DNA of 60,000 nt, from NCBI GenBank assembly GCA_051294905.1, contig CM119372.1, forward strand, positions 24,988,001 to 25,048,000. The letters run 5' to 3'. Shown here in pieces: positions 35,400-47,500 of this stretch. This DNA comes from Botryllus schlosseri (lineage: Eukaryota). Under the pieces are notes generated by a model. That model was not told the origin of the DNA. It ran no database searches and saw only the letters and a list, made by a program, of their open reading frames with translations. A program made the position numbers and the translations under genes. The stretch's first letter is position 1. Every line of letters starts with the position of its first letter.

Positions 35400-35740
35400 T
35401 GGTATATTATTATCATTATTACAACTCACAATACAACAGTGATGCTTATAGCCTGATTAGGGCTTTGTGCTCCACGACATCACATTTTATCACACAGTTT
35501 AATGCATTTCTTCATGAGCTGATGGGCAGTCTCTGTATCTTCAAGGCTTTCATCGGTTCGTTATTTTCGACTCATAGCTTATAGCTCGATCCACTGTCAT
35601 ATCTGGGCCTTTTAAGTCACCGCAATTGCAGTGAGGTCGGTGATGAGGAGCCCATGTAACCTCCGACACATATAAGTTATAGTCCGAACCGGGATTCGAA
35701 CCACTCCCCTTGGTGCTTAACCAACTACGCCACTCGCTAG
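35400..35740 (-). mobile_element. tRNA-derived SINE
   Basis: Minus strand: A box TGGCGTAGTTGG (35732-35721), B box GGTTCGAATCC (35702-35692), ~300-bp body ending in a (taa)-like tail; no complete cloverleaf. Confidence 0.6.
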
Positions 35741-37193
35741 CAAACTAGTAAAGTTATTTATATAACATGTTGCGGCGAGTCGTCAAGCTGTTTGAAATAC
35801 ATTTCTGCGTGGGAAAATAAACCGAGCTCTCTGCACATTCCGCATATTTTCATCATTTTAAAACTGCGATACAATGAGAAGAAAGGAATAGGTGTCGAAA
35901 CGACTTGGAGTGGGCTAGTCTTTGAAATCAGGCACCCCCCTTAACCTAGCCGAAGTAGAGAAGAGGTATGCACACTAAATGAAAAGTAAAAGTAGATAAT
36001 ATAGAAAAAAATGAGGTGGCATGATGGCGGCTGGCGAGATCGATATGTTAGTTCATGATCCGGTAATCCTGAAGGCTGACTAATAGTAGGCCTATTCATC
36101 TAGAAGAAATTGCTTGTATTTCGACTTGAATGCGGACATGCTCGGCGATTGTCGGGAGATGCTGTTTCACCACTACAGGTCCGGCAACTTGATAGCGCTA
36201 CGCTTTTTCTTGTATTCCGCCCTGATCATATGGTAGTTTTTCTTCGTTCAAGCATATGTCGGTTTCCAGGTTTTGACGGGCAACGAGAGCACATTTATAA
36301 GTGCTATTTAAAACTACTCACTTGAGTAGTTTTCATAGTCACCTAATTCTACTTAAGGATGTTTTTGGCTGCTTCGAAAAGAACTTCTACTCGTAAAAAA
36401 ACGCCTGTTTTTTGTTGGACCCAGTCTCGAGTCATTTGACTTGGTCCGAGTCATGCAAAATAAGTCGAGTACAAGTCGAGTCAATGAGTAGAGTCATTTT
36501 TAATTTTAAAGAAAATGACTCGAGTCACCAAAAAATCGCGATCCTGCATAAGACCGACTTCAATTATGCTTCTTGAACGCGGCAACCCGCTCGGCACTAA
36601 CTACTAAATGACGGGTTTACCCCTGACTCCAGTAAGCAAATATTTAGTTTTACAAACCTTCTTTGAACTTTGGGCTTCCTATTTATGACAGGCCAGCTCG
36701 TCCTTTATGGGGGATGATGACACATAGTATTGACGCCACTGATTGACTTCATTTATGAATATTAAGCACAGACCGTGTAATTCGGTTTTGGGATATGAGA
36801 ATGGTGATAAGGAAGGTTTGGTGACTTCTGGGGACAATAATTGTCAGGCTTAATTTGCTACATTGACATTATTTTGATTCTGGATTACGCAGATCAATTG
36901 TGACTAAGAAACTTTGCAGTTACGACGCTTTTAAAGCTCGTAAGTACACGGAGGTGTCAGAAAAATGAATTGATAATAGGAACGATTGTGTTGAAGGTTT
37001 GTCGAAACACGTTACGGTCCAATTTTGTCTTTTCCTTATAACAGCCGACGATCTATATAATGCAGACTTTTTCAGAGTTCAATTGTACATTTTGTATGAT
37101 CAATATCCAAAAAGTCCTCTGGAATGTGTCCTATAAGTTGCTTAGGGATATCTAAATATCCCTGGATTTGGTAATTTAATTTAAAGAAGATGT

Positions 37194-37426
37194 CAGTGTT
37201 GGGATCACTCGAGTCATGAATTGACCCGAGTCAGACTCGAGTCAACTTTTTCGTATGACTTGACTTGACTTCACTCGACTTGACTCCAGTCACCTTCAAA
37301 AAACGAGTGACTTGACCTGACTCGAGTCATCTTCGAAAATCGATTGACTTGACTTGACTCGAGTCAAAATGTGCCAAGACTCGAAATGACTCGGGACTCG
37401 AAGGTAGTGACTTGATCCCAACACTG
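37194..37426. mobile_element. MITE derived from the 15166-17583 hAT family
   Basis: TIR cagtgttgggatca / tgatcccaacactg; flanks gaagatgt / gaagatat (7/8). Confidence 0.8.
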
Positions 37427-37729
37427 GAAGATATACGCATATGCTACTCGTTCAACGCAATTCACGCATAAAGATAGGCTAATTGCAAAGTTCAATTCGT
37501 ACAACGTGTCGTTCCGAGAAATATCCGACTTTAATAATATTATAGTAGGCCTATGGCTAAATTATTATAGAAGTACTTGAAGTCAATGCCATTTCGGGAA
37601 TCTAGTCTGGCCATTATTGTTTATTATTGCCAATACGTTAGACCACAGCGATAACGTAATTATTAGGGCCACTCAGTTAATAGAAATATGCCTCGACTAG
37701 AACAATATTTCAAAATTTATACTCAAAAT

Positions 37730-38165
37730 GGAAAAAAATCAAAGAGGCTCATGCCGATCTAAATACCCTTGATTTCGGAAAAGAACTGCTTGAGCTCAGA
37801 AACTACACGAAGAAGCGATTCGACAAAAACGATGGGAAACAAATTATGGAGCTACAACGACAAGACATTTCGCCAGTGCTGTATGCAAAACTGCAGAAGT
37901 GTCAACCCTCATCAGTGTCTGTGAAATCATTTTACGTCCAAATCGTAACTTCAGAGACTCTAACATTCCACACTAGGATGAAACTGTACTACAACAGTGG
38001 GTTAAAATAAAAATGGATGTGTATTAGTGTTATGTTGCGTATGTTTTACTCCGTAATTCCGTGAGTAAAAATACGCAATTTTCACATAAAGTCATATAAA
38101 GTCATATTTTCCAAAAATTAAAGTCATATTATTGATTTTTTATGGTCATATAAAAATGGCCCTAG
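37730..38165 (+). pseudogene. 3' remnant of a hAT-like transposase with its right end
   Basis: Translates IKEAHADLNTLDFG..ISPVLYAKLQKCQPSSVSVKSF then frameshifted LRPNRNFRDSNI, resembling the hAT C-terminal (P.TS..VERSFS) region; followed by aagtcatat repeats and a ..ggtcatataaaaatggcccta end. Confidence 0.5.
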
Positions 38166-39158
38166 TAAAAATGAATGACTGTTTGATTTTTCAAGTGGAA
38201 TATGATCTCTTCTGACATTAATCGTATCTCCGTGTCATTGCCAAGGCCCCAAAAAGGTCCTGTGCAACTTGCGAATCGCTCACTCGACCTTTAAACTCGT
38301 TTGCAATGAGAGAAACGAATTTTAAGTAGTTATTTATAGTATGTATTAGTTTATACTGAGATCGCCATAGTGTATTTTTCATTTTTATATCCTTTGATAT
38401 AAATTTCTAGCCTAATAAATTTATTTTTATCCGCTCAAGACACACAATGCAGTATGCAATACATATAACACACCCGATATAATGAACGGATAGAAGATTG
38501 CTGAAACGATATGCCCTGGCCCAATGCCTGATATAAAACTGTTCGCTATATATCTTTTGACGCTTCTCCTTGCTCTCTTTATTCACTTTATATTTTGTAT
38601 AACTTTGTATTCGTCATTCACCACGTCTTTTTTCAAAAGGACGCTGTATATGAATACTGACGTAACATCATGTCTGCGATGAGGAGCCTGGACATCAATT
38701 TACATTATACAGTGACCGTCCGGGCGAAGATGACAGCGGTCTCAAACCACCTCTTCAACATACAATCCATGCATAAGAAGCAAACAATTCAGATTTTCTG
38801 GCGCCGGCAGTAAAGACATAATGACCTGACGATATACATCCTGAATCAAGCATTTTTTTAGTAATGGCTGGAAGAGCCCACCGCTGTAACTTTGCTCTCG
38901 GTCTTCCCCTATATTTGGATATGAAATTTAAATCATAATGTAGGCATGCAATTTGCAGAGAAGCAAAATAGGATTTTGATTTTAAAATGACCAAAGGAAA
39001 CAAATCGAACGTTTCAATTTTCACGAGGACTTATACCTGAATTTTCATTCGAATTTTGCAATTTCAATGTTGAAAGTAGGGTAGGTAGCAAAATATATAT
39101 ATTTTGATTTCAAGTAGAAAAAAGTTGGATTTGAAATTATGCTTTATGCGCGGACTGT

Positions 39159-39665
39159 ATGCAGAATAAGGTCAGTCAAATGCAAAATAAGGTCAGTCCA
39201 TGCAAAATAAGGTCAGTCACATGCAAAATAAGGTCAGTCACATGCAAAATAAGGTCAGTCGCGACATGCAAAATAAGGTCAGTCACATGCAAAATAAGGT
39301 CAGTCGCATGCAAAATAAGGTCAGTCGCGACATGCAAAATAAGGTCAGTCACATGCAAAATAAGGTCAGTCGCATGCAAAATAAGGTCAGTCGCGACATG
39401 CAAAATAAGGTCAGTCACATGCAAAATAAGGTCAGTCGCATGCAAAATAAGGTCAGTCGCGACATGCAAAATAAGGTCAGTCACATGCAAAATAAGGTCA
39501 GTCACATGCAAAATAAGGTCAGTCGCGACATGCAAAATAAGGTCAGTCACATGCAAAATAAGGTCAGTCACATGCAAAATAAGGTCAGTCGCGACATGCA
39601 AAATAAGGTCAGTCACATGCAAAATAAGGTCAGTCACATGCAAAATAAGGTCAGTCGCATGCGAA
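39159..39665 (-). repeat. Minisatellite, inverted counterpart of 34600-35370
   Basis: About 22 units of catgcaaaataaggtcagt(ca/cg/cgcga). Confidence 0.95.
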
Positions 39666-41574
39666 ATACGGTCAGTCGCCACATGCAGATTGCAGACTGT
39701 AAGGTCAGTGGCACAAGAAAAAAGTCGGATTTGAAGTAAGTATTTGGATTTATACACGGACTGTTAATATTCTAGATGCGACTAATCACCTCGTAATCGT
39801 AATAATCGTCTGATCATGTTTTATTTAAACATCTTCACCTTTAGGATATAGATGAGGAATCTCAATCATGAAATTACTATATAGGAAAGATATTTTAAAT
39901 TTATTTTTCATAAGAGAAAGACTTGGACTTCAAATTGAAAGATGAATTTGGATTTACGCGCCGACTGATAATAATATTTCACATGCGACTGACTTCGTAA
40001 TCAAGATAATCATGGTTATCTTTTGATTGAAACATCCTAAGACTTAGGATATAGATAAGGAATTTCACTGTTGAACGTAGGCTACTATACAGGAAAGATA
40101 TTTTGAATTTCGTTTTCATAAGAAAAAGAGTTGGATTTGGAATTGAAATATAGATTTGGATTTATGCGCGGACTGACCTTATTTTGCATGTCGCGACTGA
40201 CCTTATTTTGCATGTGACTGACCTTATTTTGCATGTCGCGACTGACCTTATTTTGCATGTTTTTGACCTTATTTTGCATGTCATCGCACCAACCCTGTAG
40301 AGAATTTCAACGCCTAACCAAGTATACGCCAGGAAGCTACACCAGAGCAGGGCAGCCAAGAGTGTATAATCAAGAAGACGGGATAACGTTGTTGTAAAAA
40401 TGAACCAGTTTTGGTTACCTCCTTATAGAGTCCACAACGTATACCTAGTGCGAATAAGTTCGTGATATTCACTGCGACGGAGATGTCTTCTTTTAAACAA
40501 GCCATGAGTGACCGCTCTTGCTCAACTAATTCGATCGATACTATCAACACATGGTCGCCTAGAGCGTTTCACCCTATCAGACTGCATACAGATACAGCTA
40601 AGACTGCATACGGAAATGAATCACAATCACAGCTCAAGAGAGTAATGAAATTCAAGGTAGTAATTGAATTCAAAGTAACTAAATTCAAGTTAATCTACAG
40701 TGCAACGAGCAGAATAGAAATGACCAAGCGGCCCCATTCGCAAAACTAGGCCCACGGGGCCACAGCCTATAACAAATCGTATAGCTGAGTAGAATGTACG
40801 ATAGAATCGATTACCAACGATGACTATGCTTTTTTGACCACCACCTCTGCTCGACTGGTCGTACCATAGCAATTTACAACGTATAGCTACGTTGTAAATT
40901 GCTATAGATATGCTCGTACATTGTCTATTCTTACGACATCTATATATTCCTTCCGCATTCCAGGATATCTTGGAGAGGATGAATGGGAGAGCTCAGTAAT
41001 AATAAAATAACTGAGACTTCACCAGCCCTCCTTTAGTCCCCAATCTTCCTGTTGCAGTTAGCGGGTAACTGTAGGATAACTGAGCTCAGCTCTCAGTGAG
41101 CTGCACTGGGAATTAATGAGTTCGGTCGATCGATTGCTGCAAAATACGTCACAAGCAGTATGGATTCATCAATGTACATTTGCTGCATTCAACTGCCCTG
41201 ATTACGTCACCGATGCCGTACAAGATGATTAACTGATTATTTACTTCAACGTTTATTGCCTATATTTATTCACACATGTATTCAATAAAAAAAAATTACG
41301 AATGCTATAGTCATTTTGTTTCTCTGTTCTCCCAAATGACTACTTTCTTGAGCAACCTGACGCCGTCGTAAGGCCATCTCGCGGCAATATTATCTTGAAC
41401 AATGACACCGTCAGATGTTAGTCCAAGTTAATTTCGTGAAGCGGCTGTGCTGTCTGTTGTTGTTGTTACGGGGTTGGTATACTAGCTCATTTGTCGTAAC
41501 TCGTATAAGGGATTGAACACCAGTGCTCCACTGGTCCCAGCTAATTGACGTACGCTCTGTTGAGAGGATGCCCG

Positions 41575-44500
41575 ATGAGTCTATTCAAGAAAAAACCTCG
41601 CCGTTCTACGACCGTGACCATGACAGATCAAACTAGATCTTCTAAGGCATCACTATCGAGTGCGGATGGCAGAAACTCATCTCAGGGTTCAACTTTGTCG
41701 TTGAAAGTAACAGGCTCAAAGAAGGTTTGACTATACTTATCCATCTTACATTTATTTGCTTTGCTTTCAAATCTTATGTATACATCCTGTGGGCCAAGGT
41801 GGTCTGATTAAAAGACTATACTCGTCGTAGGCTACTCCATTTCAGCACCCGCCTATCTTTTCATTATATCGCAATCTTGTGGTGTATTAATTTGATAAAA
41901 ATCAATCAATCGTCAGATTATATTTTCGTCTGCCCAAGACACACATACAATGTACAATGCGATATACAAAGACGAACAATGCGATGTAAGGAACATGCAG
42001 ATATTGGGGCAGACAGAAGGGGGATGCCGAACAACCAACCAGTTGGCCAGTTAGAGTCTCTTGAACTGACATCCACCTTGACCTTCTAGTGCCCGATGTC
42101 ACAGTCTTCTTCGATGTATTCGTTCTTCGTCGGTCCTTTTTAGAAGCTATTTCTTTCTTTTTTCTTTCTTTATCGAGTCTTTTTTCTGGGCTTTTTTGTC
42201 GCCGTAAGAAAAACTACATGGGATTAACCAGATTAACCTCCGACGTCGGGAATCGAACCCGAGCCGCCTGCTTGGATGACGAGGTTGAATTGATTTAGCA
42301 AATCCGCAACGCCGTAATTGTAGTTTACCCCTATGTCAAGACACCGACATCCTATTGAAATTTGTAAGAGTGAACAAATGAAGTGCTGTGATCCCGATGA
42401 CATTTTGATAATTTCTGTGTTGCATGCATGAACAATTTAACATGTCAATAGATGGTAATTTCCAGAATCGAACCACACCTGCCAGTCCGTGTGGCTGTAC
42501 GTTCAACTACTAACTACAAAGGTCATATATTTTTTCAGATTGGGTCGTTGGCATCAGTGAAGTCTGAATCAAGAATAAAGAAGACTAGATTTTCTGATGA
42601 CACAAGTACGCAATTAACTTTTTATTTCACCACTCCCATTGTGCGGGGAGTTTTTTTGATAATGCTACCCTATTATTTGTTTGGTAATTGCGTCACGGAG
42701 ATATTGAAAAATATTACTATTATGGTGGTAACACGAAACCACTCACGTGACAGCAATATATTATTAACAGGTTGTGGTATGTAAGACTGTCTTATAGGAT
42801 TACTTAGGAATTACTATTCTCAGACATATAGTGACTAATCTCCGTATTCGTGGTAATCTAATGAATAATTGATTTGCATTCTGAGTACTAATGGCATGCT
42901 TTTCCATCTGAATATCTATGGATTTGTGTACATATCAGTCCGAAGGCAATACGGTTGCCTACCCATCATCATTATATTATTATAGCGGTTCTGTTATTTT
43001 TTTCCGCTCACAACAGACAATAGTGTGATACACAAGACACAAAGCAATGTAATAGACAGATAGGAGGATGTCGAAAAGACCAAGTATGATCTCTCAATGT
43101 AACATCCACCTCGGCCTAATGCCTGATGTAACAGTCTTTGATCTTGCTCTTTCGGATGTCTCTTCTTAGTTCTTATTAGACGATTTTTCCTTGCTCTATT
43201 TATTCGCTGTATTTACACTCATCCTTCTCGAGGCTTTCTTGTATAGACTTTGTAACAACAGCCACGTGCGGAATGGTAAACCTATGAAGGTATGGTAAAC
43301 CCAGGGTAAACCTATGAAGGGTGCTGCTGACGAGACTCTCCCGCACCAACTACGCATACATTTGTTCATGATTCTCACACCAGGCGAAACTTTTCCAATG
43401 ACCAAGCTCTGCTGATAACATAATACACCAATACATGAAATGTGTTCGTACAGAAAAAGTTACATATAGAAGTATGATGTCTGTATTCTTATTCTGATTA
43501 GTATATACAACATGTAACCGTATTTTTCACCGAACCAATATTGTTGGTTGTTGGTCTCATTTCATTCAGTCCTACCGTATGTCAAAAAGTGTCATATACT
43601 AGGGTTACCATACGTCCTCTTTTAAGAGGATTTGTCCTCTTTTTTGACTTTTTTGAAAGTGTCCTCGAGGGACGCGCGTTTGTCCTCTTTTATGAGATTT
43701 TGCCCTCTTTTTTTGAAAATTTTGATCAAATTTAAGGCCAAATTCGATTGATATGCTGTAAATCAGCCGCGAAGTAGCGCCCCAGCGGGTATTTCGAGAG
43801 CTGGCCCGGAAAGTTGACCTTTTTTTTTAGTCAACCACCTGATAATGAGAAAAACTATATTTCAGGCACTGAGTGAGACTGAGAAAGTTGACTTTTTTTA
43901 GTCAACCGACCACGAAGTGGGAGAAATGAAGGTTACCATTTTTTCAGGATTTTCCTCCGGTTTTGCAAGTTTGAAAATTTTGAGAAAGTGTCCTCTTTTC
44001 AGATTTCCAAAATATGGTACCTAACCCTATCGTATACACATGGAAAATAGTTGAAAATTGACATCGATTTGGCAAATCATCTTGAAAAAAATAAATTACA
44101 ATTTCTTCGTTTTCAATGTACAATTGTATTGGGCAATGGAGATCTATCACTGTAGACCTAACTAAATTTAGATACAATTAATGACCTAATTTCTTGAATT
44201 CGCAGTTCATCCAGGCATTCCAGGTGTGCTTGTCCAGGTCACTTGTCTCTAGGTATTGTGTTCCCAACCTTTCAATCGTCACTGGAGTTAGTGAAATGTT
44301 TCCCCTAGTGCTATTGTCTATGAAATAATCTTACTTATACTATTACTTATAGCTAGGGCGTTATCTGGCCCTATGAAGAATTCCAGTGGTTACAATATGT
44401 ATTATGGTAGAAATAATTAAAATATTTTGTAGTACAACGAAAGATGCTTTCCTACATTCTTGGGTAGAAAGTGCACGTCCTTACTAAGAAGCTTGTCAAG

Positions 44501-47500
44501 GACGTTCAACAGCAGCAGTTGTTGGCCGACAACACTGAAGTTGTGCGTACACTGCTGGTGCTAGTGACACACCGTGTTGCTTCATTCTGACAATGTTGTC
44601 GACATCACAATTTTTCATCATGCGCTTCTTAATATAAGAATGATGCAATGCACAAGAAGTCTTTCTTCAGTTAGGATATTGCGGTACGTTGACCATAACA
44701 CCATGGCTACCTATTATTTGTTTTTTTTACTGTGTATGATTCACAATGAGCAGACGATTAGCCGTTTACAACGGTAGGCCTATAAAATAGGCTAAAAGCG
44801 GTAAAATATCAAATTATAAGTTCACCGACAGTGCTAAATCTACGATACAAACAAAATGCAGACGTCAAAATTTTTTTAATTTTATGAAAAATTTTGACAA
44901 ATTTTGACCTAACGCTACAATTTTGACGAATTTTGACATGTAAAAAAAAAACCGCCCTACTTATAACCTTCAATACTAAGAGATTTAGCATTTGCATTGC
45001 TCCAAGCCATCGTAATCATGTTTTTCCTGCCACAATGCCTATGTATCCATTGTTTTGACAGTAACATATATACTAATGTATGTATATGAATGAATAAACA
45101 TATTTACATGTGTTCAAAATCTCGATATTGTTTCAGACCACAATGTTATCGATGCACCGCGTACTACCATCAATAATGACATCACTACGAAAGATGACAA
45201 ATATTTAACTGCAGATCATGCCCGGCATATGGCTCTTTTTAATCAGCCAGACGTCAATTTGATGCAAGACGCCCAGATGACCGGAGCGCCGATGGAGATG
45301 TATGCCTCTATTATTAATGGTGATAAGGCGGAGTTGAAGAAGATAATTTCAGGTTCTTATTATTACTCTTTTGTTATTGTTTTCATCTCGAATTACTAAT
45401 GTGTGCGAGGTGGACAACATTAGAAGGAGCATCAGTTGAATGCTCGACTTAGCTTAATTGTTCTGTAGCTATAATGAATTAGTAGTATTGTGTGGCAGAG
45501 TATGAATTCGCAATTAAATTTGTGGGTTGCGGCCGTGAGGATAATATCCTGGGAATATCGGTTACATAACTGATGCTTTGATTGCACATTCCATGTGTTG
45601 AATAGCCCTGGGTATACTAAAATAAAGTACTCTCAGCTGAAATGATCTCACTGTGTCACGAAATTAAATTTTTACCATTTTGTTTCAGTTGTAGAGGGCC
45701 TGCAGTACATTTCTGTTATTCAAACTTCAGATAGACTATATCAGTTGCATTTTCCCATTTGGTACAAGTAGTGAAGGCTACTGGAATTATTTCAATTTGA
45801 ATATTAGTAAAACTGTTGTCACTTCGTTAGACTATCTATTCGAACGCAACATGTCTCTTGAAAATGGGGGTTTGTAATTTGTTTACAACAAACACACGTG
45901 CATGTTTTTATCAAAGTTTCTAAGGAGGTGGTTCTCAAGCTTTTTTTACACGCCCCCCTTTATGATAGGGAAAAATTTCGCGCCCCCTTATCCTCATATC
46001 ACAAAATGCAACCAGAATGCTAGCAATCCCAACAGATAGTTTGATGGCATAGAAGGCTATAACTGTTGATGAGAGAATTCTCAAAAATGAAATTCGGACT
46101 ATAGCCTACACGGAGCAATATCACTGAAAAGGAAGTAAATCACGCCTAGCGCAAAACAATTTTCTGTTGACCTTCGCGCCCCCTTTAGATGCTTTCACGC
46201 CCCCAGTTTGAGAACCACTGTTTTAAGCTATTATAGTTTTACTTTGACCGATCAGTAAACCCCAAAATAGTTCAGAGGCTCTTAATGCTGTATTCGATAC
46301 GGTACCAAAAGCTGTATTTATTGGCGGTGAAACTTATGAACTGCTTTAGCATGTATAGTGTACACTGAGCAGTTTATGTTCTCGTTTGTTGGAAACTTGA
46401 ATAAAGTTTTTGTTTTTGTATCAGTATACCTACTGTTATCATATTTCATGAAACTCTTCCAGGAAACCTGAAATTTTTGGACACTGTGGACAACTTTGGC
46501 CGAACTCCACTGATGTATTGCGTACTAGCCGACCGATTGGATTGCGCAAAGTATCTCATCAATATGGGCTGTAGTTTGGACCAGGTTGATAACGCAGCCA
46601 GAAGCGCCACTCATTTAGCAGCTCACAAGGTAACTAATGCAATACCGGTAGTGACTGTTTTGTAAAACACACTCATTCTTTCTTTACAAATTTCACTTCT
46701 CCCTCCTCTTGGGGTAATGGTCGCAAGCCCCTGGTAAGCCGATCAGTTGATGCCAGTCCGCCCAAGAAACTGGCGATTGGTATCTATAAATATGCAATCC
46801 TGTAATTGTATGGAAAAGCTATCATTGGCCGTCAGATTTCCACAGCCGAATTCCTTTTTAGATGTTAGGTATTAAAGTGAGAAGCTTGGGACAACACAGC
46901 AATTTAGTGAAATTTTTTGAGAATTTTGGTTAAATATAGGGCAAAGTTTGATTGAAATACAGTGAATCAGCACTGAAGTAACGCTCCGGCGACGGAAAAC
47001 CGTAATTCGTGGATCAAGCCGGAAAGTTGACCAGAATTTTTTTTTAGTCAACCGACCATGAAGTGGCAAAATCCACCATTTTTTCAGTATTTTCCTCCAG
47101 TATTGCAAGTCTAAAAGTTTGAAAAAAGTGTCCTCTTTTCAGATTTCCAAAATATGGGAACCCTACTTTAGTAAATTTTCATAATACCCGACACCCGTTT
47201 ACACTGCACAGCCTACTCTCAGCTTATTTCTTCCATATTTCTTTTCATATTTTCGCCAACTCTCAATCCAAACATCCCCACATTCCATACTTAAAAGTTT
47301 GCATTGCTAAAATGGGATCATTTCGAATACCTTTGAACCGTCCAAGCGAAGCACTTACCTTGTAATATCTTATTTTCTTGTTATGTTATTGATTATGAGA
47401 CTATTCTGAACGCCTTCAATTCCTCAAATACTTATCTATTGTTATTGTATTCCCCACCTTTGATGTTCCCTGTGGTATTCATTGGATAGTGTTCGACTTT

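Larger units (their letters stand above)
33986..40300. mobile_element. Foldback element: two ~1.2-1.4-kb inverted arms around a ~3.7-kb spacer
   Basis: 33990-~35370 is the near-identical reverse complement of ~39160-40296 (ends agggttggtgcgatgacatgc / gcatgtcatcgcaccaaccct). Candidate 8-bp TSD agaatttc (33978-33985, 40301-40308) lies 4 bp outside the matched TIR on both sides. Confidence 0.8.

Noticed and set aside
35680..35740. tRNA gene
   Set aside because: A and B boxes are present but only ~18 nt apart with no anticodon arm or acceptor stem; better explained as a SINE head. The same applies to ~42240-42285.
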